From: Brachymonas sp.
GTDB taxonomy: Bacteria > Pseudomonadota > Gammaproteobacteria > Burkholderiales > Burkholderiaceae_C
Length of the DNA: 64,000 nucleotides
Assembly: GCA_039808005.1 (NCBI GenBank)
Contig: JBDHSG010000003.1
Span: 38,629 to 102,628, forward strand
Direction of reading: 5' to 3'
Shown: piece after piece, positions 35,966-49,488 of the stretch
Layout of the letters: each line of letters opens with the position of its first letter
How positions within the stretch are numbered: position 1 is the stretch's first letter
The notes under the pieces: generated by a model
The model's database searches: none
What the model was told of the DNA's origin: nothing
What the model saw: the letters and a program-made list of their open reading frames with translations, nothing else
Translations under genes and position numbers: made by a program

Positions 35966-37210
35966 ATGGCTCATCGTCGTGTTGTCGTCACTGGCCTGGG
36001 ATGCGTTACGCCAGTGGGCAATTCAGTGCCCGAATCCTGGGACAGCCTGCTGGCCGGGCGCAGTGGCATTGCCGCCATCACCCGGTTTGATGCATCCGTT
36101 CTTGCCAGCCAGATCGCTGGTGAAGTCAAGGGCTTTGAACTGGAGAAGTATCTCAGTGTCAAAGAAGCCCGTTCGATGGATACCTTCATCCATTACGGAC
36201 TGGCGGCTTCTATCGAGGCTGTTCAGGATGCGGGGCTGCCTAGCGGCGAAGCCTTGTCTCCTGAAGTGGCCGAGCGGATCGGATGCGTCATCGGTTCGGG
36301 CATTGGCGGCTTGCCGATGATTGAAGAGGTGCACTCCGAGGCGCTCAACCGCGGTGCGCGCCGCATCACCCCGTTTTTTGTGCCTGCGTCCATCATCAAC
36401 ATGGTGGCGGGGCACGTGTCCATGCGCCTGGGCTTCACGGGGCCGAACCTGTCGATCGTCACGGCCTGCACGTCGGGCCTGCACAGCATTGGCCAGGGCG
36501 CGCGCCTGATCATGCACGGCGATGCCGATGTGGTGGTTGCCGGAGGCTCGGAGTCGACCGTTTCGGTCATGGGGGTCGGCGGATTTGCCGCCATGCGGGC
36601 ACTGTCCACGCGCAACGACGACCCGGCTGCCGCCAGCCGCCCCTGGGACAAGGACCGTGACGGTTTCGTTCTGGGCGAAGGCGCCGGCGTCATGGTGCTC
36701 GAAGAATACGAGCATGCCAAGGCGCGTGGTGCCCGCATATATGCAGAAGTGGTGGGTTTTGGCATGAGTGCCGATGCCGGGCACATCACCGCGCCGAACA
36801 TGGACGGTCCGCGGCGCGCGATGCTGGCCGCCCTGAAGGATGCGCGAATGAACGCCGATGTGGTGGACTACCTCAATGCGCATGGCACGTCCACGCCGCT
36901 GGGAGACATCAATGAAACCAAGGCCATCAAGGCGGCGTTCGGCGACCATGCCAAGAAGCTGGTGGTGAATTCCACCAAGAGCATGACCGGGCACTTGCTT
37001 GGAGGCGCCGGGGGAGTGGAAAGCGTTTTCACCGTGCTGGCCCTCTACCACCAGAAATCGCCTCCTACCATCAATCTGGTCAATCAGGATCCCGAGTGTG
37101 ATCTGGACTACTGTGCCAATGTTGCGCGCGACATGAAGATCGATGTGGCCATGAAAAACAATTTCGGCTTTGGCGGCACCAACGGAACGTTGATTTTCAA
37201 GCGCATTTAA
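35966..37210 (+). CDS. fabF: Beta-ketoacyl-ACP synthase II
   Basis: RRVVVTGLG, TACTSGLHSIG, NAHGTST, KSMTGHLLG, NNFGFGGTN. Confidence 0.97.
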   Translation: MAHRRVVVTGLGCVTPVGNSVPESWDSLLAGRSGIAAITRFDASVLASQIAGEVKGFELEKYLSVKEARSMDTFIHYGLAASIEAVQDAGLPSGEALSPEVAERIGCVIGSGIGGLPMIEEVHSEALNRGARRITPFFVPASIINMVAGHVSMRLGFTGPNLSIVTACTSGLHSIGQGARLIMHGDADVVVAGGSESTVSVMGVGGFAAMRALSTRNDDPAAASRPWDKDRDGFVLGEGAGVMVLEEYEHAKARGARIYAEVVGFGMSADAGHITAPNMDGPRRAMLAALKDARMNADVVDYLNAHGTSTPLGDINETKAIKAAFGDHAKKLVVNSTKSMTGHLLGGAGGVESVFTVLALYHQKSPPTINLVNQDPECDLDYCANVARDMKIDVAMKNNFGFGGTNGTLIFKRI

Positions 37211-37229
37211 GACGGCATCCGGCCAAGGT

Positions 37230-37778
37230 GTGGTGAAACCCTCCGTTCCTGCCCCTGTGCATTACCGCCTGGCGCCAGGCGGGCGCTGGCTGGTTTTGCT
37301 GTTGGTGGTAGTGCCGATGCTGGTGCTGGGCGCTGTACTGCTGGGTTGGCTGTTGGCGCTGGAACAGGCGAGCCGTTCCAGCCTGTCCGTCTGGATCGGA
37401 ACCGGATTGGCTTATGCTTGCGTTTGCCTGTTGTCATGGCGCCAGGCACGATCCTTGCCCTGCGGCTGGCTGGTCTGGACCGGCCATGTCTGGCGTTTGT
37501 CGCCATCTGCCATGCCGCAACAGCGGCAAGCTCCGGTGCGGGATTTTCTGGAATATGGTTCTTGCGCCTTGGTGCTGGATGGGCAGCGGGCCATGCTGTT
37601 GCAGTTGCGGCACGCGCAACAGGGATTGGCAGGTCGCGTCAATAGATCCTGTTGGGTGTGGGCCAGCCAAGGACCAGACCGAAAGCATTGGCATGCCCTG
37701 CGCTGCGCGGTCATGGGCGCGTGCGCAGCACAAGCCGGGAGGGCACAGTCTCCAGGGCGTAAAGGGGTCATGCCATGA
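37230..37778 (+). CDS. Hypothetical membrane protein (two N-terminal TM helices)
   Basis: Fills the fabF-rpoE gap and overlaps the rpoE start by 4 nt; the N-terminus is hydrophobic. Confidence 0.6.
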   Translation: MVKPSVPAPVHYRLAPGGRWLVLLLVVVPMLVLGAVLLGWLLALEQASRSSLSVWIGTGLAYACVCLLSWRQARSLPCGWLVWTGHVWRLSPSAMPQQRQAPVRDFLEYGSCALVLDGQRAMLLQLRHAQQGLAGRVNRSCWVWASQGPDRKHWHALRCAVMGACAAQAGRAQSPGRKGVMP

Positions 37779-38446
37779 ATGCGTCCGCGCAGGAACCGCC
37801 TGGCGCTGATGCCGGCAATCAGGGAACAATGGGGGATGGCGAGGCCCGGATGGAATGGGCGTTGATCCAGCGGGTCCTGGCCGGAGAGCAAAAGGCCTTC
37901 GAATTGCTGGTCGTCAGATACCAGAAACGGATCGAACGGCTGGTGACCCGCATGGTGCGCGACCCCGATCTGGCATCCGACATCACGCAGGACGTTTTTC
38001 TCAGCGCCTACCGCAGCCTGAGGCAGTTCCGCGGGGATGCGCAGTTTTATACATGGCTGCACCGTATTGCCGTCAATACGGCCTACAAGGCCTTGCAGGC
38101 AAAAAAACGCGACCCGGTGGTTTTCTTGTCGGAGTTGTTGCCGGAAAATGACGCTGCGGAGGAAACTTTTCTGGAGAAACAGGAACTAACCAGCCAGGAC
38201 ACCCCCGAGGCCGTGGTGGCCGCCCGCCAGATTGCCGATGCCGTAGAGGCCGCGATCGGTTCCTTGCCGCAGGAGTATCGGCAGGCTTGGGAACTGCGGG
38301 AAATGGAGGGGCTGAGCTATGAGGAAATTGCCGAATTGGTGGAAATTCCTGTCGGAACCGTGCGTTCGCGCATTTTCAGGGCGCGCGAGGCGATTGCCGC
38401 GAAGGTAGGACCGTTGTTGGAACAACGCAATGGCAAACGCTGGTAA
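37775..38446 (+). CDS. rpoE: RNA polymerase sigma factor RpoE
   Basis: AFELLVVRYQ, FRGDAQFYTWLHRIAVN, GTVRSRIFRAREAI. Heads the rseA-rseB-degP cluster. Confidence 0.95.
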   Translation: MNASAQEPPGADAGNQGTMGDGEARMEWALIQRVLAGEQKAFELLVVRYQKRIERLVTRMVRDPDLASDITQDVFLSAYRSLRQFRGDAQFYTWLHRIAVNTAYKALQAKKRDPVVFLSELLPENDAAEETFLEKQELTSQDTPEAVVAARQIADAVEAAIGSLPQEYRQAWELREMEGLSYEEIAELVEIPVGTVRSRIFRAREAIAAKVGPLLEQRNGKRW

Positions 38447-38506
38447 AAAGCGGAAATGGACGGTAAATCCAGGTGGAGACAGGATTGACGGGGCAAAAGA
38501 CAAAGG

Positions 38507-39229
38507 ATGATCGACGGGACACGGGCCATGCAAAAGTCTATTGAATCTGTGGCAAAGGATACGGATCGTTCGTTGCTGGCCGAGGCATTGTCTGCGTGGA
38601 TGGATGGGCAAGCCCTGCCGCCAGGCGTCAGTCAGGAGGAACTGGCGCAATGGTTGCTGGATGATCCTGAAGCGCAACAGAGATGGCGGCTATGGCACGC
38701 AGGCGCCGACTGTCTGCGTGCCGTTCAAACTCGCGCAGGAAAGGTTCTCAGCCATTCGGCGGTAGGCTCTCCGGCCTGGGGCGCGCGTTTGCAAGAGCGG
38801 CTGTCAAGCATCGCCATGGATGATTCCGAGCCTAAGGGTGCTCCTGCGCCACTTGTCGTGCCAGCGTGCGCGATTGTCCCCACTGCCAGGCCGGCTGCCA
38901 ATGATTCGTTCTGGCCCTGGAAAATGGCAGCGGGATTTGCATCGCTAGTTGCCGTGGGCATGGTGGCCTGGAACCTGATGGGGCTGCCATTGGGGCCATC
39001 GGCAGACCGTTCGCTGGTTGCCATGCGCAGCAATCCGGTGGATGTGCCAGTTGCCGTCCAGACGTCTTCTGGCCTTGAACGGACGCAGGAAACGTCTACC
39101 AAAGGGGGCGTCGATTCAACTGCTGCCACCGATACGTATACAGAGGCCCTGATGCTGGCCCATGCCCAATTGGGAGAATATGCGTTGTTGCAGGATGCAT
39201 TGCCGCTAAATGAAGGGGATCCGTTTTGA
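38507..39229 (+). CDS. rseA: Anti-sigma-E factor RseA/MucA
   Basis: EALSAWMDG anti-sigma motif, W..WH...D.LR, a single TM helix (WKMAAGFASLVAVGMVAW) and its position after rpoE. Confidence 0.85.
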   Translation: MIDGTRAMQKSIESVAKDTDRSLLAEALSAWMDGQALPPGVSQEELAQWLLDDPEAQQRWRLWHAGADCLRAVQTRAGKVLSHSAVGSPAWGARLQERLSSIAMDDSEPKGAPAPLVVPACAIVPTARPAANDSFWPWKMAAGFASLVAVGMVAWNLMGLPLGPSADRSLVAMRSNPVDVPVAVQTSSGLERTQETSTKGGVDSTAATDTYTEALMLAHAQLGEYALLQDALPLNEGDPF

Positions 39230-40398
39230 GCACCTTGAATAGCCGCAGTCTGCACGGTGCGCCCCGACGGGGAAGGCATTGGGTCACCATGGCCCTGCTG
39301 CTGGCGGCAGCAGGCGCAATGATCCGCCCTGCGTGGAGCCAGCCTGCACAGCAGGCGACAGCGGGTGATACCGATTCGGCCAATGCCATGCACTGGATGC
39401 AACGCTGGCAGCAGGCGGGCGCCAACCATTCGTATGCCGGTACCGTCATTGTCATGCGTGAACGTGGCGCCCTGCGCAGTGCGCGCGTCTGGCATGCCGT
39501 GCAGGGCGTCAAACAGATCGACCGCATGGAAACGCTTTCCGGAAAAGCGCGAACCATCATGCGCAGTGGCAATGAGGTGTCCGTCTGGGAAGGAGAAGGA
39601 AAGGACCGGCGGCTGCTGGCGATGCGCGACGGAGCACAGGGCGGTTCGCCTTTTTCCGGGATTGAGCGGTTGTCGCAGTCGCAGCAACGCGAAATCGCCA
39701 GATACTACCGTGCGGTATCTCTGGGGCAGCAGCGCGTCGCCAATCACCAGGCCGATATCGTCGGATTCATGCCTGCGGACAATTTGCGCGCTCCGTATCG
39801 CTTCTGGACCGAGCAAAAAACCGGTCTGCTGCTGAAATGGCAAATGCTTGAAATGGATTCAACTCCGCCCTACCGGTGGGAGCAAGCCAGGGTGCTGCGT
39901 GAAATTGCCTTCTCTGATGTGCAAATTCCTGCTTCGGTGGATTATGCGGCGATGCAGGCCATGCTGGAGCGTCCCACCGGCGAAGGACGGCCCGGGCCCA
40001 GTGGGAGCCGGTTGCCTCCTTCCACTTCGCTGAGCGAGCAGGGCTGGGCCTGGCGCAAGCCCTTGCCGGGCTATGTGGTACAGCAATGCTATTGGCGCGA
40101 TATTGCGGGTATGCGACAAGGCAGGCGTCAACCTGTGCAGCAACCACAGGAAACGGTGGCCGGCGTCGCTGCAGGGCAGCGGGTGTTGCATTGTGTGCTG
40201 ACGGATGGTCTGTCCCGGTTCTCGCTGTTCATCGGGCCACGCATGGCAGATCGCCCATCGGGACCGCCCAGGCGTTCTGGCGAAGCTGTTGTCCGCATGG
40301 CCAGCCGCGTACATGCGAACGCCTACCAGCTAACGGCCATTGGCGCTGTGCCCCAGGCTGCCCTGCAGCAGGCGGTGGACGCCCTGTATCGGCCATAG
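39226..40398 (+). CDS. rseB: MucB/RseB family periplasmic regulator
   Basis: Signal peptide, YAGTVI...RSARVWH, D.LRAPYRFW.EQKTGLLLK, LTDGLSRFSLFI, position in the operon. Confidence 0.85.
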   Translation: MSTLNSRSLHGAPRRGRHWVTMALLLAAAGAMIRPAWSQPAQQATAGDTDSANAMHWMQRWQQAGANHSYAGTVIVMRERGALRSARVWHAVQGVKQIDRMETLSGKARTIMRSGNEVSVWEGEGKDRRLLAMRDGAQGGSPFSGIERLSQSQQREIARYYRAVSLGQQRVANHQADIVGFMPADNLRAPYRFWTEQKTGLLLKWQMLEMDSTPPYRWEQARVLREIAFSDVQIPASVDYAAMQAMLERPTGEGRPGPSGSRLPPSTSLSEQGWAWRKPLPGYVVQQCYWRDIAGMRQGRRQPVQQPQETVAGVAAGQRVLHCVLTDGLSRFSLFIGPRMADRPSGPPRRSGEAVVRMASRVHANAYQLTAIGAVPQAALQQAVDALYRP

Positions 40399-40596
40399 AG
40401 GGAATGTCGCAGCAGGGTGTTTCGATCCGCTGCTGCACCCGTGTTGCTGGCGGAATGAGAATGTGTCAGTATTTCGGCTTCTGCCGAGAGGCAATATTTG
40501 TTTTTTGATGAGGTGGTTGCCTTGGGTATTCGTATCCCTTCCCGTATCCCTTCCGTTTCTTCCGGTTTTTCTGTCGTTCTGGCTCCATTCGCCCGT

Positions 40597-42135
40597 ATGC
40601 GGCGCTGCTGCAAATGCCGTCCGGTGGGATCGGCGCTTCTTGCGTTTCTGCTGGTAACGGGGGTGATGGGGTGCAAGAACTCCGCTTCGGCATTGCCGGC
40701 AAGCCCTTCTTCAGCGGCAAGCCAGGAAGCATCGGTTGCGTCGGTGTCAGCTGTTGCTTCGTCATCGCCTGTGCTGGTTGGCGGGCTGCCGGATTTCACA
40801 CCCCTGGTCGATCGTGTGGGGCCGTCGGTCGTCAACATCCGGGTGATGGAAAGAGTCAGAAGGGGGCCCTTGGGCAGGCAAGGATCGGGAGACCCGATGG
40901 AAGAGCTGCTGCGGCGCTTTTTCGGGATTGATCCGCAGCAGATGCCGCGCAGGAACCAGCCTTTGCCCGAAGGGGGCGACGAACGTCCCACAGGAATCGG
41001 CTCGGGATTCATCATTTCGTCTGATGGCTATATCCTGACCAACGCCCATGTCGTGGATGACGCCGATGCGCTGGTGGTGACGCTGGCCGACAAGCGCGAA
41101 TTCCGGGGCAAGGTGGTGGGCAAGGACAGGCGGACCGACGTGGCCGTGATCAAGGTCGACGCCAAGGACCTGCCGGTAGTCAGCATCGGGAACGTCGAGG
41201 TGCTCAAAGTAGGGCAGTGGGTGATGGCCATCGGCTCTCCGTTCGGCCTGGACAACAGTGTGACCGTTGGCATCGTCAGCGCCAAGCAGCGTGACACGGG
41301 CGAATACCTGCCGTTCATCCAGACCGACGTGGCCATCAACCCTGGCAATTCCGGGGGGCCGTTGATCAACATGTCTGGCGAAGTGGTGGGCATCAACAGC
41401 CAGATTTATTCGCGCTCGGGCGGCTACATGGGCATTTCGTTTTCGATCCCGATCGATGAGGCCATGCGGATTGCCGATCAACTGCGCGCCACAGGCGCGG
41501 TCACGCGCGGTCGAATCGGCGTGCAGATTGCCCCGCTGAGCAAGGAAGTGGGCGAATCCATGGGATTGACCGCCGAACAGGGAGCGCTGGTGCGCAGCGT
41601 CGAAGCCGGCGCGCCGGCCGACAAGGCGGGCATTCAGCCCGGTGACGTGATCACGCGGGTCAACGGAAAAACCATCGAGCGCACGTCCGATCTGCCACGC
41701 ATGATCGGAGAAATCAAGCCTGGAGCCCAGGCCGTGCTGACCCTGCTACGCAACGGCAGCAGCCGGGAGGTTTCGGTTACGGTTGCCAGAGCAGAGGAAG
41801 AGGGCAGGGTGCAGCCCCTGTTGCAGCAGGATGGGGGATCGACACCCCGGGCATTGGCCGGTGCGCTGGGGCTGGAAGTGGCCGAATTGACGGCCGCGCA
41901 GCGCAGCCAGCTGGGCGTGAAAGGCGGGGTGCTGGTGCGTGGGATCGAACCGGGCAGCAGTGCCGAGCAAGCGGGTTTGCAGGCCGGCGACGTCATCCTT
42001 TCGCTGGGCAATCAGTCGGTCGACAGCGTGGCGGTCCTCAATGCCGCAATCGGGAAGATGCCGGCCGGCCGGCCCACAACTGTTTTGGTGCTGCGCGACG
42101 GTATGGCGCAGTACGGCATGATCCGGCCACGCTGA
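40597..42135 (+). CDS. degP: DegP/MucD-family (HtrA) serine protease with two PDZ domains
   Basis: GSGFIIS, LTNAHVV, D-VAVIK, TDVAINPGNSGGPL and two PDZ repeats. Start uncertain (40498 or 40597). Confidence 0.92.
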   Translation: MRRCCKCRPVGSALLAFLLVTGVMGCKNSASALPASPSSAASQEASVASVSAVASSSPVLVGGLPDFTPLVDRVGPSVVNIRVMERVRRGPLGRQGSGDPMEELLRRFFGIDPQQMPRRNQPLPEGGDERPTGIGSGFIISSDGYILTNAHVVDDADALVVTLADKREFRGKVVGKDRRTDVAVIKVDAKDLPVVSIGNVEVLKVGQWVMAIGSPFGLDNSVTVGIVSAKQRDTGEYLPFIQTDVAINPGNSGGPLINMSGEVVGINSQIYSRSGGYMGISFSIPIDEAMRIADQLRATGAVTRGRIGVQIAPLSKEVGESMGLTAEQGALVRSVEAGAPADKAGIQPGDVITRVNGKTIERTSDLPRMIGEIKPGAQAVLTLLRNGSSREVSVTVARAEEEGRVQPLLQQDGGSTPRALAGALGLEVAELTAAQRSQLGVKGGVLVRGIEPGSSAEQAGLQAGDVILSLGNQSVDSVAVLNAAIGKMPAGRPTTVLVLRDGMAQYGMIRPR

Positions 42136-42226
42136 TGGCAGGGATGCAGCGGCAATTGCCGGCTATTGTGCGGGGTGCCATGCGATTCTTGGGTAAAATG
42201 CAGCTGCTTAACGAATAGGCAATGCA

Positions 42227-42250
42227 GCGCGCCGCGAGGCGCGCCTTTTT
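42227..42250 (+). terminator. GC-rich hairpin with GCGA tetraloop and U-tract between degP and lepA
   Basis: GCGCGCC-gcga-GGCGCGC-C-TTTTT. Confidence 0.6.
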
Positions 42251-42345
42251 GTTGTGACTTCTTTTTCGAACAACCCATTGGTCAATGGGGTGGTGTTGCC
42301 AGGCATGTTTTTGCAGGCGGTGCCGGTCCTGTTGTCTGGAACGTG

Positions 42346-44154
<1,809 letters not shown>

Positions 44155-44159
44155 ATGTG

Positions 44160-45167
44160 ATGGCCTACCTTACTGCACTCGTCCTGAGTATTTTCGTTGC
44201 CTATATGGGAGGCTGGTTCGTTGGGGTGATCGAGGGCAACATGGCCGTGCTGCTGCTGTGTGCCACAGTGGTCAGCGGCCTGTACTGGCTGGCCGACAAG
44301 TTCTGGTTCCTGCCCCGGCGGCGCGCGCAGGCGGATCAATACGAGCGGCACTTGCAGCAGCAACAAGGAGACGCGGAAGGCTTCGTCCCTGAAGGTGCCG
44401 CCACAGGAGACGAATTGCAAAAAACCCGCAAACACCAGCTGGCGCAGCCCTGGTGGCTGGACTGGACGGCAGGCCTGTTCCCCGTCATTGCGCTCGTGTT
44501 TGCCCTGCGCTCGTTCGTGTTCGAGCCCTTCAAGATTCCCTCGGGGTCGATGCTGCCCACATTGGCGGTTGGCGACCTGATTCTTGTCAACAAGTGGGTG
44601 TGGGGCCTGCGGCTGCCCGTCATCAACACGAAAATCACCGATGGCAGCCCGGTGCAGCGTGGCGATGTCATGGTGTTCCGGTATCCACCCAAGCCCAGCG
44701 TGGATTACATCAAGCGGGTGGTGGGTCTGCCCGGGGATACCGTGTCGTATCTGGACAAGAAGCTCTTCATCAACGGCAAGGAAATCGAAAAGATTCCGGT
44801 GGAGGACTATCTGGGCGAGAGGGAGCAGCGCAGCGGGGACGGCCGCGAGGCCGTCAAGGCGTTTGTCCATTTCAAGCAGTTTCGCGAACAGCTCGGTGCG
44901 CACAATCACCTGATCCTGAACGATCCCGAGCGCCCTGCGGACATCCCGGTCGTGGAGAATTTTCCGATGCAGGAAAACTGCCATTACAGCGCGCAAGGGG
45001 TGACCTGTAAAGTGCCTGAGAGGCATTACCTGATGCTCGGGGACAATCGGGACGACTCCTACGATTCACGTTTCTGGGGCTTCGTTCCCGAACGCAACAT
45101 CGTGGGCAAGGCCGTCGTGGTCTGGCTGAATCTGGGCAATTTGCGGCGTATTGGCCGAATCGAGTGA
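44160..45167 (+). CDS. lepB: Signal peptidase I
   Basis: EPFKIPSGSMLPTL (Ser), DYIKRVVGLPGD (Lys), GDNRDDSYDSRFWG. Confidence 0.96.
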   Translation: MAYLTALVLSIFVAYMGGWFVGVIEGNMAVLLLCATVVSGLYWLADKFWFLPRRRAQADQYERHLQQQQGDAEGFVPEGAATGDELQKTRKHQLAQPWWLDWTAGLFPVIALVFALRSFVFEPFKIPSGSMLPTLAVGDLILVNKWVWGLRLPVINTKITDGSPVQRGDVMVFRYPPKPSVDYIKRVVGLPGDTVSYLDKKLFINGKEIEKIPVEDYLGEREQRSGDGREAVKAFVHFKQFREQLGAHNHLILNDPERPADIPVVENFPMQENCHYSAQGVTCKVPERHYLMLGDNRDDSYDSRFWGFVPERNIVGKAVVVWLNLGNLRRIGRIE

Positions 45168-45249
45168 TTTCTGCCTGCTGGTTCCTGCTATAAAGTTGCC
45201 ATCCGGAATGGGTCCGAAACGGTACAGGAAGAACGTGAAAGGTAAAACC

Positions 45250-45615
45250 ATGCATATGCAAAACAATCAGATGCACAGGCAACGCGGCATTACCTTCATT
45301 GGCGTTTTGTTCATTGCGGCCATCGTCAGTTTTGTGCTGATTACCGGTGCCAAAGTTGTACCCAGCCTTCTGGAATACCAGGCCATTGTCAAGGCAGTGG
45401 AAAAAGCCAAGGATGAGCAGACCGTTGCTGCCATCGAGCGTTCCTTCACGGCTGCCACCGCGATCGATGACATCACGTCCATCCACGCGAAAGACCTGCT
45501 CATTACCAAGGAAAACGATCAGGTCAAGATCGCATTCGCCTACGACAAGGAAATCCCTCTTCTGGGTCCGGTTTCGTTGCTGATCCATTATTCGGGCAGC
45601 ACCAGGGGCGACTGA
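45250..45615 (+). CDS. DUF4845-family protein
   Basis: QRGITFIG pilin-like N-terminus, YDKEIPLLGPVSLLIHY, and its position between lepB and rnc. Confidence 0.8.
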   Translation: MHMQNNQMHRQRGITFIGVLFIAAIVSFVLITGAKVVPSLLEYQAIVKAVEKAKDEQTVAAIERSFTAATAIDDITSIHAKDLLITKENDQVKIAFAYDKEIPLLGPVSLLIHYSGSTRGD

Positions 45616-45617
45616 TT

Positions 45618-46418
45618 TTGAATAAGGCGGCCCATTCGTTTCGTTCATCCGCTTCATCTGCCACCGAGGGCCAGCGGCTTGCGGCAAGACTGGGCCATGT
45701 TTTTTCAAATCCCTATCTTCTGCAGCAGGCGCTGACGCACCGCAGTTTTTCTGCCGACCATAACGAGCGGCTCGAATTCCTCGGGGATTCGGTGCTCAAT
45801 CTGGCCGTGTCCAGTCTGTTGTTCGGGCGGTTGCAGCAAGCGCCCGAAGGCGATCTTTCTCGCATTCGCGCGAATCTGGTCAGGCAGGAGAGCCTGCATC
45901 AGATCGCCCTCAAACTCGATCTGCCGTCGGCATTGAAGCTTGGAGAAGGCGAGCTGCGCTCAGGCGGCCTCAATCGCCCCTCTATCCTTGCAGACGCCCT
46001 TGAGGCGCTGCTTGGAGCCGTCTATCTGGATGCGGGTTACATCGTTGCCGAATCGCTGGTACACCGGCTGTTTGCCGAGGTCGATCTCAGCGCCCAGGCG
46101 CCAGCGGGAGGAAAGGATGCGAAAACCGCCTTGCAGGAATGGCTGCAAGCGCGCAAATATGCCGTTCCGCAATACCGTGTGACGGATGTGGGCGGGCAGG
46201 CGCACCGACAGACATTCTGGGTGGAGTGCGAGGTGCAGGCGCTGGATGTCCGGCAAAGCGGCAGCGGGGCCTCGCGCCGCGCTGCCGAGCAGGATGCGGC
46301 ATCCAAGGCACTCGAACAACTGCAGGCCATGGAGACGTCGCTCAGGCCGGCCAGGAAAGAGGCAGGCGGCAAATCCACAAAACCATTGGCCGGCAAGCCC
46401 TTTCCTGCCAAAAGCTAG
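45618..46418 (+). CDS. rnc: Ribonuclease III
   Basis: HNERLEFLGDSVL, ADALEALLGAVYLD and a dsRBD. Confidence 0.97.
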   Translation: MNKAAHSFRSSASSATEGQRLAARLGHVFSNPYLLQQALTHRSFSADHNERLEFLGDSVLNLAVSSLLFGRLQQAPEGDLSRIRANLVRQESLHQIALKLDLPSALKLGEGELRSGGLNRPSILADALEALLGAVYLDAGYIVAESLVHRLFAEVDLSAQAPAGGKDAKTALQEWLQARKYAVPQYRVTDVGGQAHRQTFWVECEVQALDVRQSGSGASRRAAEQDAASKALEQLQAMETSLRPARKEAGGKSTKPLAGKPFPAKS

Positions 46419-46500
46419 GATCGGGCGTCCGATTTCCGGCAGTATCGAGGGTGCGCATGCATGCAAGCGCACCGGCGTGTAATCCTTTGCACCATTTTTC

Positions 46501-47538
46501 ATGAACAAGAAATCCCCAAAAACCGAACACGTTGCGCCAGGTGCCCTGTCGCCAGACGTTGATGCACAGTTGCAATCCATTCTGGGCAGGACCGACTCCG
46601 TGCAGGCGGCTGCGCAGGACGCTGTCGCAGCCGTGCCCAAGGAATCGCAGCACTGCGGGCTGGTGGCCATCGTGGGACGACCCAATGTCGGCAAGTCCAC
46701 CTTGCTCAACGCACTGGTGGGGCAAAAAATCAGCATCACGTCCCGCAAGGCGCAGACGACCCGGCACCGCATCATGGGCATTCGTACGCGTGATGCGCAC
46801 CAGTTCGTGTTCGTGGACACGCCGGGTTTTCAGACGAGGCATGGCAACGCACTCAACAAATCGCTGAACAAGGCAGTTGCGGGAGCCGTCACAGGCGTGG
46901 ATGTGGTGCTGCTGGTCGTCGAGGCCGGGCGTTTCGGCCCCGGGGATGCGCAGGTGCTGCAATTGTTGCCACCCGATGTGTCGGTGCTGCTGGTGGCCAG
47001 CAAGCTGGATACCGTTGCACAGCGCCAACATCTGGCGCCCTGGCTGCTCGAGATGCAGCAACGTCATCCGTTTGCCGAACTGTTGCCTGTTTCTGCCAAA
47101 AACAAGCGCGACATGGAGCATCTGCTGGAGGTCGTGGGACGGTATCTTCCGCATCAGCCCTGGTGGTATGGGGCAGGTCAGCTGACCGATAAGAGCGAGC
47201 GGTTCCTGGCCGGAGAAATCGTGCGCGAGAAACTGTTTCGCCTCACGGGCGACGAACTGCCCTATACGTCCACCGTGGTAGTGGACCGCTTTGAGGAAGA
47301 ACCGGGGAAAACCGTTGCCCGCATGATCCGGATTGCGGCCACCATCATCGTCGAGCGCGAAGGGCACAAGGCCATGGTGGTTGGCGAGAAAGGCGAGCGC
47401 ATCCGGCGCATTGGTACGGAAGCCCGGCAGGAGCTCGAGAAACTGCTGGACGCCAAGGTCTTCATCGAATTGTGGGTCAAGGTGCGCTCGGGCTGGGCCG
47501 ATGACGCATCCAAGGTGCGCGCTTTCGGGTATGAGTGA
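46501..47538 (+). CDS. era: GTPase Era
   Basis: [20 protein letters not shown] and a KH domain (ELPYTS...VRSGWAD). Confidence 0.97.
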   Translation: MNKKSPKTEHVAPGALSPDVDAQLQSILGRTDSVQAAAQDAVAAVPKESQHCGLVAIVGRPNVGKSTLLNALVGQKISITSRKAQTTRHRIMGIRTRDAHQFVFVDTPGFQTRHGNALNKSLNKAVAGAVTGVDVVLLVVEAGRFGPGDAQVLQLLPPDVSVLLVASKLDTVAQRQHLAPWLLEMQQRHPFAELLPVSAKNKRDMEHLLEVVGRYLPHQPWWYGAGQLTDKSERFLAGEIVREKLFRLTGDELPYTSTVVVDRFEEEPGKTVARMIRIAATIIVEREGHKAMVVGEKGERIRRIGTEARQELEKLLDAKVFIELWVKVRSGWADDASKVRAFGYE

Positions 47539-47556
47539 GTGCCAGGCGTCAGGCGA

Positions 47557-47576
47557 AAGCGATTTTTTAATCGCTT
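47557..47576. repeat. Perfect 8-bp inverted repeat after era
   Basis: AAGCGATT-tttt-AATCGCTT between the convergent era and leuA genes; possibly a terminator or a binding site. Confidence 0.45.
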
Positions 47577-47772
47577 GCTAATGGCGCGTGTTGCCCCGAT
47601 GATGCATCGGGGCAAAGACCATCAGCGGTGGCAGGGCTTTACGTAGAAACGCCCTGATGAACGGCCGACCATCGGCAGGGCGCGTATCGGTCAGGGCGTG
47701 TGGTGCGAATGGAGGAGCCGCCGTTGCCGGGGCGCCCCGCACCTTGGACCAGCAAGAAATGGAACGACCCGT

Positions 47773-49323
<1,551 letters not shown>

Positions 49324-49374
49324 GATGGTTATCTCCTTTCAGGATTTGCCGTCTTCACCTGCCAGAAAGCCAAC

Positions 49375-49404
49375 AAAAAAGCCCGCTGCAGGTGCAAACG
49401 GGCT
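49375..49404 (-). terminator. Attenuator terminator of the leuA leader
   Basis: Minus strand AGCCCG-TT-TGCA-CC-TGCA-G-CGGGC-TTTTTT, between the leader peptide and leuA. Confidence 0.8.
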
Positions 49405-49437
49405 GGATATGTGGAATGGTTTTTGCGCGCGCTATCC

Positions 49438-49488
49438 CTATCGCCCGTTGGACGTTCCACCTAGTAGAAGCAGGGAAAGCATTTGCAT
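49438..49488 (-). CDS. leuA leader (attenuator) peptide MQMLSLLLLGGTSNGR
   Basis: 16-codon ORF with 5 Leu codons (CTT, CTG, CTT, CTA, CTA). Its 3' AACGGGC is complementary to GCCCGTT in the 5' arm of the terminator. Confidence 0.8.
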   Translation of the reverse strand: MQMLSLLLLGGTSNGR

